DNA of 60,185 nucleotides, counting the filler, from Sphacelaria rigidula (taxonomy: Eukaryota), in the NCBI GenBank assembly GCA_964200075.2. It is 4 parts of 4 records of this genome, joined end to end, with 100 filler letters (N's around TTAATTAATTAA, not from the genome) between each part and the next. Parts side by side here need not be neighbours in the genome. Positions count along the whole stretch, not along the records: positions 1 to 14,979 come from CAXNAA020001968.1; positions 15,080 to 30,051 come from CAXNAA020001969.1; 2 more parts are not named here. One strand, given 5' to 3'. Numbering within the stretch: the stretch's first letter is position 1; each line of letters opens with the position of its first letter. The notes beneath the pieces were generated by a model. It made no database searches. It had not been told where the DNA came from and saw only the letters and a list, made by a program, of their open reading frames with translations. A program made the position numbers and the translations under genes. Below, in pieces: positions 13,501 to 26,367 of the stretch.

Positions 13501-14396
13501 TTTTGCGTTTGATCTGTACGCCGTCTACTCTGTTCTGCACTACAAACACTTCACTTCACGTGTTGTCGCAACGCCACCGCTGCAGTGTGTTCATTTTGTA
13601 CAAAAAATGCTGTACTGGGTACTTTTCGGTACAAAACTGCCGAAATAAGATGTTTGAGATCCTTGTGAAATGGCCCCGCCGGGACGTACTGCTGAGTATT
13701 TAATGACCAAATATTAGATGATACTCCCGGCCAATACAGTAGAGCAGATCTCTCCGGAATGGCACAGTCACACGAGGCCCGTGTTACGGCAGGATATCGG
13801 CGCTCAATCGCTCCCAGGGGAATTTCTTGGATAACATTACCGCATCACAAACAAGCGGGTTTACACTGCTATGGCGTGTCTTCCAGCACGTCTTGCCAAC
13901 AAGAAGTTGGCCAGCTAAAAGAAAGTGTGGCGCAATTCAATATATGAGTGATTTTGACTTATTTTGCGGGATTCATGGGGCCGTCCGTGTCTCAATGAAG
14001 CAAAAAATTAGGAGCGGGAGAAATAACAGGCATGGTTGATTTGTAGTCGGCGCAACCATAGACCCGCCCGGCGATCAAATAGCATGCTGCCTTGTTCCCT
14101 TTGGCGCTTCTTCTCATGGTGTCGATAAGACGCGGTCTAAGGTCCAAGCGAATGTTGGTACCCGTTGCTAGTTCGGACAACTATCAAGTCCAACACATGA
14201 TGTATGCTACCCACGAACAGTGAAACAACCTCCTTGCTATATACACCGAGTTTGTTCGCAGTGTGGTCCGAAGATGGTCTGGAGATGATAGCCTTGGCCA
14301 CAATTCCTAGCCAACTGATCGATGATGCATTTGTGCTTCATTTTGTGTTGATGCAGCCTGAAGCAGTGCTGTTTATTCCCCCCCCTACCGCCTGGT

Positions 14397-14461
14397 GCTT
14401 CGTCTCGAAAGGGATGCGTGGTCAATGGTCAAACGACTAAGGCAAGCAACAGATGAGTACG

Positions 14462-14492
<31 letters not shown>
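14397..14492 (+). mobile_element. Severely 5'-truncated 3' end of the poly(C)-tailed LINE
   Basis: CGTCTCGAAAGGGATGCGTGGTCAATGGTCAAACGACTAAGGCAAGCAACAGATGAGTACG followed by a long C-run; same tail as at 44740, 52635 and 57688. Confidence 0.8.
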
Positions 14493-14496
<4 letters not shown>

Positions 14497-15023
14497 CCGC
14501 GCGGGACCCCGCGGCGGCCCGCTCCCCCCGTGGGGGGGGGNNNNNNNNNNCGCCCCCCCCCTCCCGCCTGGTCCGGCGAGAACCCGGCGTGCTTCGTACC
14601 GGCTGTGTAGGGGCGGACCCCCGATAGGGTTGGCGTCGGTTGGCAATGACGCTATAAAACACGCCACTCACTGCGTACGCTGGGCAACCAGGTTACTGTT
14701 TTTTTGCGCGCTTGCGTTTGTTTTGCGGTAAGCATGATGGAGGTCGAGCCAGATCATGTTGTGCGGCGTGGGAGAACCTCAACTCCGCACGATGAGGATG
14801 ATCGTACCACGTGGTGTTTGAGTGGCAAGGCACCCATGAGGCGGTGTATGAGCCGTGGCTGTCCCAGGAAGTGGCGATACTAGATAATGAAGCAACTCAT
14901 TGTAGGCTGTCATCCAAACGCAAGATATTCAGTAGGCCTCGGGCCGAACACTCTTAGCAGGATGCAGCTCACCCTTCATNNNNNNNNNNNNNNNNNNNNN
15001 NNNNNNNNNNNNNNNNNNNNNNN

Positions 15024-15035
15024 TTAATTAATTAA
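15024..15035. other. Artificial scaffold linker in an N-gap (also 30096-30107 and 45165-45176)
   Basis: Identical TTAATTAATTAA (stops in all six frames) centred in three N-runs. Confidence 0.9.
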
Positions 15036-15109
15036 NNNNNNNNNNNNNNNNNNNNNNNNNNNNNNNNNNNNNNNNNNNNCGCGGCCGGTGGCGGGCGCGG
15101 GCCGCTGGC

Positions 15110-15600
15110 CTTTCCAAGTCGCCCTGGCCTGGAGACCCCGTGCGGACACCCCGCCCCCCCCCCCCCCCCAGCTCATCACCTACCATGATTACATTCATGG
15201 AATCATGTTCCGTGTCGTGTGCCTCGACTACTCACCACTAGTAGTCCGGGCAAATTTGGCGAGGCGTGTGAGGTAATCTTCCTACTTTGGCTACAAGCTG
15301 TCGCTACCGTGCGCTCGTGTATTCTACATGGATGTGTGTGAGCGTTGCCGGCATCCGAGGTCATCGAAACAGGGCGGGCAAGGAGCAGAAGTAAATATAC
15401 GAACCTCGCGAAGCCCGCCAGACTTCCCGGTTTTTGATCAATTTCTTTCAACAATTTCAACAACAAAAAATCTTGAAAAAAAACCCTGAAAAATCGTGAC
15501 AATTTTCGAAGAATGCCCTTCGGGAGGGGAAGGAGGGGGGGGCTTCCGTGTCCGAAAAAAATCCGTTGACAGACCCTTGGCGCCGAATAGATATATCCCA
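15110..15600. repeat. Dispersed repeat family A, copy 2 (no MITE)
   Basis: Collinear with 115-402 plus 848-1010. Confidence 0.8.
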
Positions 15601-15649
15601 TCATCCACCATCAATCATGCTATAAATACCAAGACATTTGGCGTTTACA

Positions 15650-17560
15650 CAAACCATGATCATTCGATCAGCGGAACCAACCTACTATCTATAGTACGCG
15701 TAGTTATTTGCAGAATTAAAGGCAACGAACTCTGTTGAACGGTACCGAACTGAAGTTCATTCAACCTCATGACCTCCACGGTGGGTGATATCGAGTCGGC
15801 AGAACCACTTGCACTTGAAAAAACTACTAAACGCGCAGCTAACCCACCCTGGCGGCCGGAGGGTTAATCACACGCTCGGTACTGTGTGTAGTACACAATC
15901 GTGTCCATACAGCCGGATTTAGGATATGATGGGGGCGACAGCTCATTGTTGGAGATGTTGTTACAGCGCCACGATGCCTTCGCTGCTTCGCGGCGAGTTG
16001 GGTTTTGAACAACTCAGGTGCCAGCTTGTTATTTGTCAAATAGAATCCAAGGTAGTTGTCTTCGTGATGATTCATGCAACCAACATATTGCATGGGTAAT
16101 GCCTCACCACCAGTACACGATGTCTTTTGGATATACATGAGGCCCACTTTGGCGCCTGTCGAGCGTCCGCAACAGGCAATACTCGGGACACCTTGGAAGT
16201 GCACATTCATACATGGTCGATACCACTGTACAATTGAAAACGAGTTTATTTCGTTTGCCATGTACCGTGTCATGTGACACATCCCAGAGCTCATGTTGCT
16301 GTCTTCACATCAAGAAAAACGTCTCACAAGTCCAAAAGCAATATAAATATATATGTGCATGTGTACTATATATAGAGTCCTCTCCTTACCACACCCGCAT
16401 TGTTCGCGTGCTCAAGCACCGGCAGTACGCGACGTTCGTGTATAATACCTTGCGCCCACGGGAACCGAGGAACCGATGCGTGTACGCCGGGTCCAAGCCC
16501 TCCCCATTGACGATTCCGTGCTCCCCGCCTGCCGTCACGAGAGCGCAGCAGAACATGGGTGTAGACGTGCATTTGGGTCAGTTCAGTGGATGACACCACC
16601 ATGAGGCACGACTAGACGACGCGACGTGTAGATTTTAACCCGCACAAGTGTTGATGAGCAGTGTTCCAAACAGCAACATAAACTACCCCGTACATTTAGT
16701 ATCAATGCATTCTAAAGTTTTACTCTCCGACATCGGGTCCTGCGCCCGACCTCGTCAGTCAGACCGCAGACCGGGGTGCTGAGTCAATTACTGTTGCCGT
16801 GTCCACTGGGTGATCACCTCTTGTTTCAGGTGAAACTTTTGGGGTTTCCACCAACCACACCACGTAACAAAAGATCTAAGTTTCGGCAGATATCACAAAT
16901 CACAGCGCGAGTTGACCGGCACCTGCTGTACCCCACTCATCATCGAGATACCGTCTACTCGGACAGAAGCTCACCACCGCCTTGCTCTTCTTCGAGTATG
17001 CGCGCGGCATAGACACGTATGTAGGAGCATATGATACGATCGACAGGGGGTAGCGGCAGCAAAGAGGAGGAATCATGCATCATGTATTCCGCATACTGCA
17101 CGTTCTTGCGCTTGGCATTTTTCACCAATCATATCTACCTGAAAGTTCAACATGCACGTGCTGATTACAGCCACCAATGTCCAGAAGTTGAGGGTCGATT
17201 TCCTCACGGTGTGGTGCGGCGTCAAAACACCAACCTGTGCAGCAAGATACCAATGTATTGCTGTGATCTGCAGCCTAGGCTTTGGAGATACGCATGACCA
17301 GTGTCGATATATTGATTGACTCACACGTTGATAAAGTTATGCTCGAATCGAGGTCAGCCTAATCGCGCTGGGAGAAAACTCTTGACCAGACTCCCGCCCT
17401 TGCTCGTCCATTCACAAATGAGAGGCCACCTTCTACCGCCACTACACGATATGACAAATGAATGCCAACAATGGGCACCTGAAGCAAGTGGGAGATTTCG
17501 GTCGTGTCAACTCACGCGTGGGTGACCCGTCGAGCACGATGCAAAATCTGGATCACCTTG
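15650..17560 (-). pseudogene. Highly decayed LINE reverse-transcriptase relic
   Basis: KVGLMYIQKT...NYLGFYLT in ORF 15839-16294 resembles the LINE RT C-terminus (GL.IN..KT, YLG); weak PIVGIHLSYRV near 17470; boundaries uncertain. Confidence 0.4.
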
Positions 17561-17616
17561 CATCACCAGCAACACTAACAGCGCTAAAACTAGCCGATAT
17601 GAGCGGCAAGTGGGTC

Positions 17617-17841
17617 TAGTCCCTGTAATGCTTGAGAGGACCGCGTGCTTAGAGGACCGCGGCGTAGTCCAAAACACCCCAGGATCGGCGTTTTTTTACA
17701 CCAATCGGGCCAGTCCCTGCAGGTACCACGCCCCTGACCCTAACCCCAACACCAACCCTAACCCTAACCCCAACCATGCGGAAATTCAAATTCAGATGCG
17801 GTCCTCTAAGCACGCGGTCCTCTCACGCATTACAGTCCCTA
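17617..17841. mobile_element. MITE with ~44-bp TIRs and internal telomere-like (CCCTAA) repeats
   Basis: CTGTAATGCTTGAGAGGACCGCGTGCTTAGAGGACCGC ... GCGGTCCTCTAAGCACGCGGTCCTCTCACGCATTACAG; TA at both outer ends; CCCTAA-type array at 17731-17775. Confidence 0.8.
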
Positions 17842-19634
17842 TCCAGGTACTTTGAGATATAATTTATCAAGCAGGTCGCCTGTTCAATAACCCGACCACG
17901 CGTAGAGCTTGAGATCCTGGCAACCAAGTCGTCACATGACACACATTGAATGGATACCCGGTCAGTCGTTCACCCCGCAGCTCTAAAGAAACACGCCAAA
18001 CGCTCGATCCCTGTCCTCGATACTAATACCAGTCGCCAGGTGCGAATCAAGCCCACGCGCTACGTCAGTACATCGGTCTTTTGCAAAACTTCAAGACACC
18101 TGTACTGTCACAAGCAACCGAACGGTGTCGTGACATCACTACTACCAAAAACCAACCCCCCAGAAAGATTCGTGCTGACCTTCAGCTTCAACTGCAGCAG
18201 TGGATGCCGATGCCATTCCCAGCATCAGCAGCACGAAGGTCGCTGTCTCGCCTCTGATCTTCATGATGATTAGGTTACCCTTGCCCTTCAGAACTGGAAC
18301 TAACAGCAGGTAAGAGAGGTACAACTGCTCTCGTGCGCTACGCCAGAAGAAGAGTAGATGTTCGAGGGAATGAGAGGGTGAGGGATTGTGGCGTTCGGTG
18401 GGGAGGGGGGGGGGGGGGCTGGAGACGACTAAGGAGCTAAGGAGGAACATTTGAATTATTTGGCCGATGTCGTGCGGTAACCATATCTTTCGTAATATTT
18501 CCCCGAATTTCTCACATAGGTCGGGGTATTTTCGGTATAGTTTGGTGCAGGTCTGAAAACCCGCACCAGAGCACCGAATCAAGAAGACGCGAGTGTATCC
18601 GCATCGAGATTGTTCCCGAACAATCATCATGTCGTTCAACAGCAGTTGCGTAGGTATGTGATTGAGGGGTGTCACACCAACTTCCATTGTCAGCTCATTC
18701 ACAACAGAGATGATGAATAAATGACGAGAGTCATATCGAAGATCGCGCCGCAGAGTGGAGCACAGCTTAGTACAGGACAGCACAGGGTGGGACAACGTAG
18801 CGCCGTTCAGTTTGGCGCAGTGTAATAATACATAGCATAGTTGTGTAGTACCCGAACTAGACCGGGACCGCTGGGTATATTTCGTTGATGACGTGAGTTG
18901 GATATCTCTGAGTCGTTGCGCGTGATCCCTCCCACACTTGTGCTCGGGACTTGTCGGGACATGAATTTTATCTTATATCCTCGCCCGGTAGGGGTCACGC
19001 CGCCGCAGCTGGCTACATGCAGTACTTTATTACGTGAAGTGGTGGTGGTCGCTCAAGTTGGGCCTAATTTACTAAAGGTATGGTTTACCAGGAATGACGA
19101 TAAGCCGCACACAGAAAAGGAGCATGGGTACCAAATACTCTTGGAGTAGCGGTTGACTTACGTTGTTGCGGGGGCCAGGAAGCTCGACATGGGCACGGTA
19201 CTGGTCTGTAGGGCCGCTGTAGCTTCATCGAGAGTAGACAAGGATCCGCCCGGGGTACGCTTAGTAAGGGCACTACATATCCACGGTCGGACGTGCTATC
19301 ACCGACCGAATCTATGTACACGGAACAATGGAGGCATCATCTTAAATCTAAAGCCCTCGATGTAATTGTATAACTCACTGCGAAATATATCGAGTTCGAG
19401 AGATCTCTCATGTGTTCAAATAACCTATTCCGAGTCGCAGCACCTAAGATTTTTGTTATTTCGCGCAGCATAATTCACCCGGCGGGTATATCAATGTGGA
19501 AATATACGTAGTTCTGGGGTGGCCGTGGCGATTTGGTTCGTGGGCAAAGCCATCGCACGTGATAGAAGCTCACGGAAACATGAGGACACGGTATTCATGT
19601 TCACACATAGAGCGAAGACCGTCGAACATCATAC

Positions 19635-19707
19635 GGGATCGATTTTCATCACCCTTCTTACTGTATAGAAGGGATCGATTTTCATCACCCTCCTTCCTGT
19701 ATAGAAG
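19635..19707. repeat. 36-bp tandem duplication
   Basis: GGGATCGATTTTCATCACCCT.CTT.CTGTATAGAA x2. Confidence 0.8.
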
Positions 19708-21564
19708 TATACCACGACAAGTAATATATTGCTCAATTTTTGAATGGCGAAATTACACACCAAATCAGCACAACTTTGCTGGATGAGAAAGACCAGGTTT
19801 TACGGCAGGTGATGATGTGAATGTAAAATGTTACTGTTCGCCCGCATCACGCGTGAGGGAGATCTGAGACCACCTGACCAATCAATCGTTATGACAGGGG
19901 AAAATCTGCCCGAACCGTGACATTTGGGATTATTACTTTCCGTTTCAGAAATTGCAAACCTGGCCAGGCATTCATGGAGCCAAGGTTAGCAAAGCCAGAC
20001 GAGGTGACTCGAGCGGCACGACGACGACGTATTCGAGGAGGATAGTGAGGGTTTCAAAACTATAAAATTCAGGCAGCCGTGACTCCCGCATATGGGGGCG
20101 TATTTGGCTACTGCACAGTATACTCGCAGCAAACTCTCCTACAACTCTGATCGCGCGTTTGAAAAGCAGTTGTACTCGTCCCACATTTTTTCTCCCCCAA
20201 CAAATCGCCCAACAAGAAATAACGATGCTTGACAAATTTTCTCCAAAAAAAAGAGGGGGTAACCGTTTTGTACGACAAGAAGCGGCCCTTGTATACAAGA
20301 AGTGGCCTTTTTTTAGCACCAAGTCCTGCAGAAGATCGGAGATGTAAGGTAGGCAGGTAGTAGTGTACCGGTGACCGGTGATGAACGGTCGGATACGAAA
20401 CTCCGAAGTATCCTGCGGGCCCGGTCCTAATATCGTAGCAAGTATGTTGCCATCTTCGAAATACATGTTCAACTCAATCTACGAAGTGCGCGCTCAAGTG
20501 TTACCCCTATTATTATTACTCGCATCAGTTCTCTCTTTTTTTTTGTGAAGTTTCAATTTGCTCGTATTTCCTGATTTTTTTCGTTCTTGTGTCGTTTCGA
20601 AAACGTTCCACATATTGGTAGTAGAAATGACCGATGCCGCGATAGCCCCTCCCCGACCCAGCCCAAAAACTGTAGTGAAGAAGAAAGGGCCATACAGCGC
20701 GTGAAATTGGTTTCAGATTGCATGAAGCACGTCATTCAGGCGACATTGGTGTGAGCGATTCCATGGGTGGAAGTCCCCACCAGCTCGCGGTGTGCTCTGC
20801 TCTTGTCCATTCTGAGAATATGAGAGACTCTGCCTCCTCGAACCAGCACCTTTCTTGGGGGGGGGCGGGGGCTCTGACGATCTATCGTGTCAAAATTTCA
20901 GCGTCAACATCCACGGTATGGTCGTCAAGCCGGTACACCATCGGCTAGTTTGGGCGTACGTGAAGGCCAATTCTTACCTTCGGTAATTTTTGGGCGATGG
21001 GTGTTCCACATTTTACACGTTTTTTTATCTCCAAAAAGAGAACACCGCCATCACACATCCTGGAAACTTAGCATCACCCCACTGCCCCACTGAGAGTCGA
21101 GCCCACTTTTCCGGTTCGCTTGGCGAGCAATGCTACGGTAGGGGTGCACTTTTTTCGCGAAATTTTGTCAGGGGCTCCTAATGATTCCAGACGCACAATA
21201 ATACGGGTCAGGGCATCGCCGTTTGCAGATTTATTCGGGATACCCCCAGCACATTGGAATAGTGATCCTGGCGTACTCTCGCATATTTTTATAAGTCGTG
21301 TTTTGGATGGGATAAGGGGCTCCTAACAATTATAATCTCAGAAATTATTTCTGTACCCCTACCGTAGCATCACTCGAAGGGTCTCGATATTTTGGTGGCG
21401 GTCTTGCTTTGGGGGGGGGGGGGGTATAGCGCAGTTGCATGTAGTACTTCTCCCTTGTGCAGTGATAAACAACAGTTGGCTCGGAGGTTCTCTCCCATTA
21501 TGAAGCTTATGACGAGCTTGATGCAATCTTGCAGCACGACCAGTGTGCTCTTGCCTGGGCATGT

Positions 21565-23692
21565 CAGGACGACGTTATAATAGACATTTGGCTCACATTC
21601 GAATGGACGGGATCCCCCGGCTACTGGGGACTCCTATCACAGGCCACTGAACACGCACACTGCAATACCACGATACTCGACGCCGCAATACTCGAAGAAG
21701 GTAGAGAGATGACGAAACACGTGACCATAGTTGAGCCCTGGGAAGAAGGGGCGCCTACACAGGTCCCGCCCGACGCTGCCATTCCCCCAGCAAACGGGGG
21801 GGCGACTACACGACCCCTTTTTCGCTAGCGTGTACGTGATGACAACATCCTAGGAAGGGTACAGCACGGCGCGCAAGATAAACTGGCGCTAGTCGCCTTA
21901 GCTTCGCTAGCCTCAGATCTCATCAGGCTGTTCGGTCTCGGAGAGCCGAGCGAATACCCATTCTTGCACCCCAAAAAGTACAAACTAGGAAACCAGCGTA
22001 TAACACGGGATCTTGCAAATTGGGGATGAATCCTATATTGGGGATGAGAAACCCGGAGAATGAAAATCTTCGTACCCACACCAAATCTTCGAAATACGGT
22101 CTCATTTCTTCACCTAATAATAGCTTTTGACAACTGCTAGGCACGATAGAAATTTGGATTTCAATCACCGAAATGTTAGGGTCCTGGGTAAAAAAACAAT
22201 TTCGAAACTATTTTGGCGTCCGTTGCGACACCCGGAATTCCCCAAAATTAGATTTTCACCTAGGACCCCAACATTTCGGTGATCGAAATCCATATTTCTA
22301 TGGCGTGTGACAGTTTTCAATAGCTATCAGTAGGTAAAGAAATGGAAACACATTCCGAATATATGGTGCGGATACGAAGATTTTTATTCTCAAGGTTTCT
22401 CATCCCAAATATAAGATCCATCCCCAATTTATAAGATCCCGTGTTGTAGACGCCTTGGGATTCACGATCGACACACACACTATGGCGATAGCGGTCACTC
22501 GAGAAAAGGTCGAAGCTATCAAAGGATTGCTGGAGCGCGACTGGCCCACGGACAAGACACGCGCGACCGCGCAAGACGTACTTAGCATAGCTGGAAAACT
22601 CTGGAACCTCATGTTTGTTGTGAGACCCGGAAAATACTTCGTATGGCAACTACTACGCCTCACTGACCTACACGTAGCTGCAAAAAAGAAATGTAAGGTG
22701 AGACGGACAGGAAATCATGGATGGAAATTTCATGAGGATATCGCTTTTTGGAAATGGGCTATCGCAGAGAACCTGGTGCATCGCGGTGAATCGCGTAGCG
22801 CCCCGTTCTTTGCCCACACCAAACGCACCGCATCTTGTATGTACATCTCCGATGCGAGCCTGGAAGCGGTTGGAGGATACTGCCCAGAGCTCGGCTTATT
22901 CTGGCGGTACTCCTTACCACATGAGCTCACATGCGAACTGAAGAGAAAAGCAAGAAATAGAGAGACCTGCGCAATCACGATCAGTCTACTAGAACTGTGT
23001 GGAATGTTCATGACCGCCTGCGCCATCCAGATGTTTAAGGGCGAAACGCCCACAGAGGGAGGGGATTCAATCCTGATGCGCGGCGACGACTCGTCGGCCA
23101 TACACTGGGTAGATAAATGCGGGGGCAGTCAAAAGAAAATGCTGAAACTGTTTTACATCATTATTTTGTTTTATTGAGGAGAATTATTCAGGAAAAGCTC
23201 TTAATATATTCTATTTAGCTTTTTCATACACAACTTACTGTTGAAGTTCTACCAGACCTGTGTGGAACGTTCATGACCGTCTGAGCTATCCAGATGTTGA
23301 AGGGCGAAAGGCCCACACAGAGAGGGGATCCAATCCTGGTGCGCGGCGACAACTCGTCGGCCGTACACTGCGTGAATGAATGCAGGGGCTCGAAAGACAG
23401 ACGCGCCGACCTCCTGATGAGAATGATGGGTCGCATGAAAGTCGCAACCGCGTGGTGTACCATAGCGGAAGACATACCCGGCGTCGAAAACGAACTAGCA
23501 CACGGCATCTCGAGATGGCCGGAGTCGGAGGTGGCCGAGAGGGTAGCACGGTTATCAGGAAACCTCAATTGGAAGCAGCAAGATCTAGGAAATCGAGGTA
23601 GAGAGATACTCGAAATGATTCTGCAAAAAAAAACCCTGGAGCACAGGCTAGACGAACAGATGTGGAACATAATGTCCCGACAAGAAGACTGA
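21565..23692 (+). pseudogene. RT-RNase H of the YR retrotransposon (frameshifted, MITE-interrupted)
   Basis: LTFEWTGSPG; frameshifted YV(D)D at ~21832; DALGFTIDT; RNase H YISDAS...ISLLEL...RGDNSSAV...IPGVENELAHGISR. Confidence 0.85.
22002..22445. mobile_element. AACACGGG fold-back MITE, copy 2, inserted in the RT
   Basis: TIRs AACACGGGATCTT / AAGATCCCGTGTT; GTA at both flanks; removal restores ACC AGC GTA GAC GCC TTG GGA (TSVDALG). Confidence 0.9.
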
Positions 23693-23709
23693 ACCTACGC
23701 TGAACTCGT

Positions 23710-24799
23710 GATACCATTGCAGGACAACAGGGAGGCCCCGCCAGGGACGAGAAGGGCATTGGAAAGCTAGTAGAACTGCTAGCCCACGCGCCAATTAACG
23801 TCAGCACAACAAGCGGGTACGAGAAAAGATTCGAAACGTGGTCCGAGTGGAGGGCTTGTCGAGAAAAGCCTGTATATATGTCAAGGACCGACGGCGAGGC
23901 TAGCGCGGTAATCGATATCACTGAATTCATCGCGTGGTGGCTTTTCACCAACCAAAACCAGAGGGGGACACTGCGGGGGTATTCGTTAGCGATAAGCTTT
24001 TACCAAAGGATGTATAACGGTTGGGAGTTACCTATGAAACACTGTATGGTAGCGGCCGCGCTCAAGGGAGTTGATCGAGCACACGGAAAATCGGAAGTAA
24101 GGCCCCGCGTGCGAAAACCGCTGACGCTATCGCTATTGGTAGAAGTGAGAATGCTAGAGATGAAGACGACACAGAGCCGAGTCACATGGATACGCCTAGC
24201 CCTATCGTATTTCCTTCTGTGTAGAGTCTCCGAAATCTGGGCATACAACAATGGTTCGGTACATCCAGACTTTTGCCTCCGGAGGGTAGACCTTACCTTC
24301 TTCAGATAAACTCCCAAGTGATCGTGTCAGACAGGGGCCTGGCTGTTAGGGTCGAGGAGCGTTTTAGAGCCTCTAAGGCGGACCAAAAATGCCCAGGAGC
24401 GGTTGTAACTCGAACAAGAGTAGGGGGAAGTGCACGGGGCACCGAAAGATTTGAAGACATGAGGGCGCTAGAGCTCTTACTCGAGCTGCTTAACTACCGC
24501 TCAGAGTTGGGGGCAGAAGCTCCACTGATGCAGACCGTGGGTAAGACCGGATGGGTAGCAGTCACTCGGGCCCGCGCGACGAGCGCGCTTAGGCCAAAAA
24601 TTTCCAGTACGGGGAGAGACCCGACGCGGTACGCGCTGCACCCCGGTAGGATCGGGGGGGGGACACATCTAGCGACGCAGGGGGCGTCGCAAGTGTAGGT
24701 CTAAGGGCGGGGAGGTGGAAATCGCTGGCCTTCATGACGTACGTAAGAGCGGGGGGCGAAGTAGCGAAATTCGTATCGCAGGCACTCGCTGCGGAGTAA
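23710..24799 (+). pseudogene. Tyrosine recombinase ORF (frameshifted)
   Basis: YFLLCRVSE (catalytic R), FRASKADQ (K), YALHPGRIGG (HxxR), GRWKSLAFMTYVR (W...Y). Confidence 0.85.
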
Positions 24800-24882
24800 A
24801 GTTCGAACAAAGAAAAAAATGAAAAGTGAAGAGAAGAAAAAGGGAAGGAAAGAGGGAATAGATCGGGCTGCCCAATGGGGTA

Positions 24883-25574
24883 AGAGTGACCAACCGCAAG
24901 GGCGGACCAATATTAAGTAAAATAGTCTCGGGTTAGCCCGATAGTTTCCCAACGGCGAGGACGCATTTTTGTCTCGCAGTTTTGTTTGTGTCAGTTTTCC
25001 GTCCTTTCTACATCCCAAATAATCCATAATTCTTGAGCCAAAAGGAAATGGTTGTATTTTGCAAGAATGCGAGGTTTATGTTGGCGGATGAAAAATTATA
25101 TGGGATGTAGTATGCCAATATTGAAACATAATATAAGGGTTCGTGTAGACGAGGCGCCACCGTTGCAGAGTGTTGTTCAAGCGAGCGAGACTGGTCTGAT
25201 GCAAGAGCACCAAAGAAGCAGACAGTATCTCTCGAGACCAGTTGACCAGACAGCGACACGCCAGCAGTCTCAGCAGTACAGTAGTCCCTGGTACTTGATC
25301 GATATTTCCCGCCCACTACCCTATCGCTCAAGGCAGGGAGGCACCAAGGTGCGGATAATATGGGTGAAGTGATGTTGGGGGGGGGGGGGGATTAGAGTGA
25401 CCAACCACGACGGCGGGCCAATATTGAGTGCAGTAGCCTCGGGTTAGCCCGATAGTTTCCCAACTGCGAGAACGCGTTTTTGTTTCGCAGTTTTGTTTGT
25501 GTCAGTTTTCCCTCTTTTCTACATCCCAAATAATCCCTAATTCTTGAGCCAAAAGCAAACGTAGTAGATGCAAG
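24883..25574 (+). repeat. Split direct repeat B1 (24883-25065) / B2 (25394-25574) of the YR retrotransposon
   Basis: AGAGTGACCAACC...CGGGTTAGCCCGATAGTTTCCCAAC...TTCTTGAGCCAAAAG present twice, ~330 bp apart. Confidence 0.85.
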
Positions 25575-26367
25575 CTCCTCGCGGATTTTGACTACAGCCA
25601 GACTCACTTTCTTGCCGATTTTCTGGTCGCTCCATCCTTTTGTCTGCCTTGTCCGCTCCCGGGTAAAACTTTACGCCGTGACGACTCGATTTGAGTTCGC
25701 TCGTAGTAAGGTTGGTAGCGAAGAGTGGACGTCTCTACCGCCCTCGTACTCTTCGATGAGGGGAACCCGCACGCTCGCCGTCGGTCGACATGTGAACCGA
25801 GATTAGTTCAGATCAATCCCCTGCCCCATGGCTAATAGCTCGATCACGTACTTTCACACCCCCTGCCACTTCAGCCACGGACGGTGCTGGCACGCACGAG
25901 CGAAGACAAAGAAGGAAGCAGCAATGAAGCTGAACCTTCTTTTGGGTATTTTAATTCATTCGGAGAGCCGGTTGCTGCGTGTGTGATGCCTTCACCCTCC
26001 GTAAGTGCCTCGTTTGAAAAATGCGACAGTCAAGTATGAGAAGTTCAATCAAGACTCGCTCTGGTCAAAAGGGGCTGAAATGGGGGTGTACTCGTGTGCG
26101 CCCAGAGACGGAAGCGAAACACAACGCCATGAGCACCCATAAAGCTGAAACTTGTTGAGGGCATCTTGATTGACGTGAGAAGGTCGATGTGATGGTTTTT
26201 TCGCGCAGCGCGGCTTCGAATCCATTGGGGAAAAAAAAGTGCGTGGTTCGGAGCTTCAGAATGAGGCCCGGATGTATACGACAGGAAATGACACTTTTTC
26301 AATTCCGGTTCAGTGCAAGCATTTTCAGTCCTGAGGGCCTAGAAGGAAAAATAATACTCGATGAGAT

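Larger units (their letters stand above)
21565..25574 (+). mobile_element. Tyrosine-recombinase retrotransposon (DIRS order, Ngaro/PAT-like), 5'-truncated and degenerate
   Basis: RT, RNase H and YR motifs in order, followed by split direct repeats 24883-25065 / 25394-25574. Confidence 0.85.

Noticed and set aside
14461-14610. Poly-Pro/poly-Gly ORFs and extreme GC content
   Set aside because: Homopolymer tail plus low-quality sequence next to a gap.
14980-15079. TTAATTAATTAA motif inside N-runs (three times in the window)
   Set aside because: Artificial six-frame-stop scaffold linker; adjacency across these gaps is also not guaranteed.
21415-21450. GGGGTATAGCGCAGTTG tRNA-like start
   Set aside because: No downstream B-box or stems.
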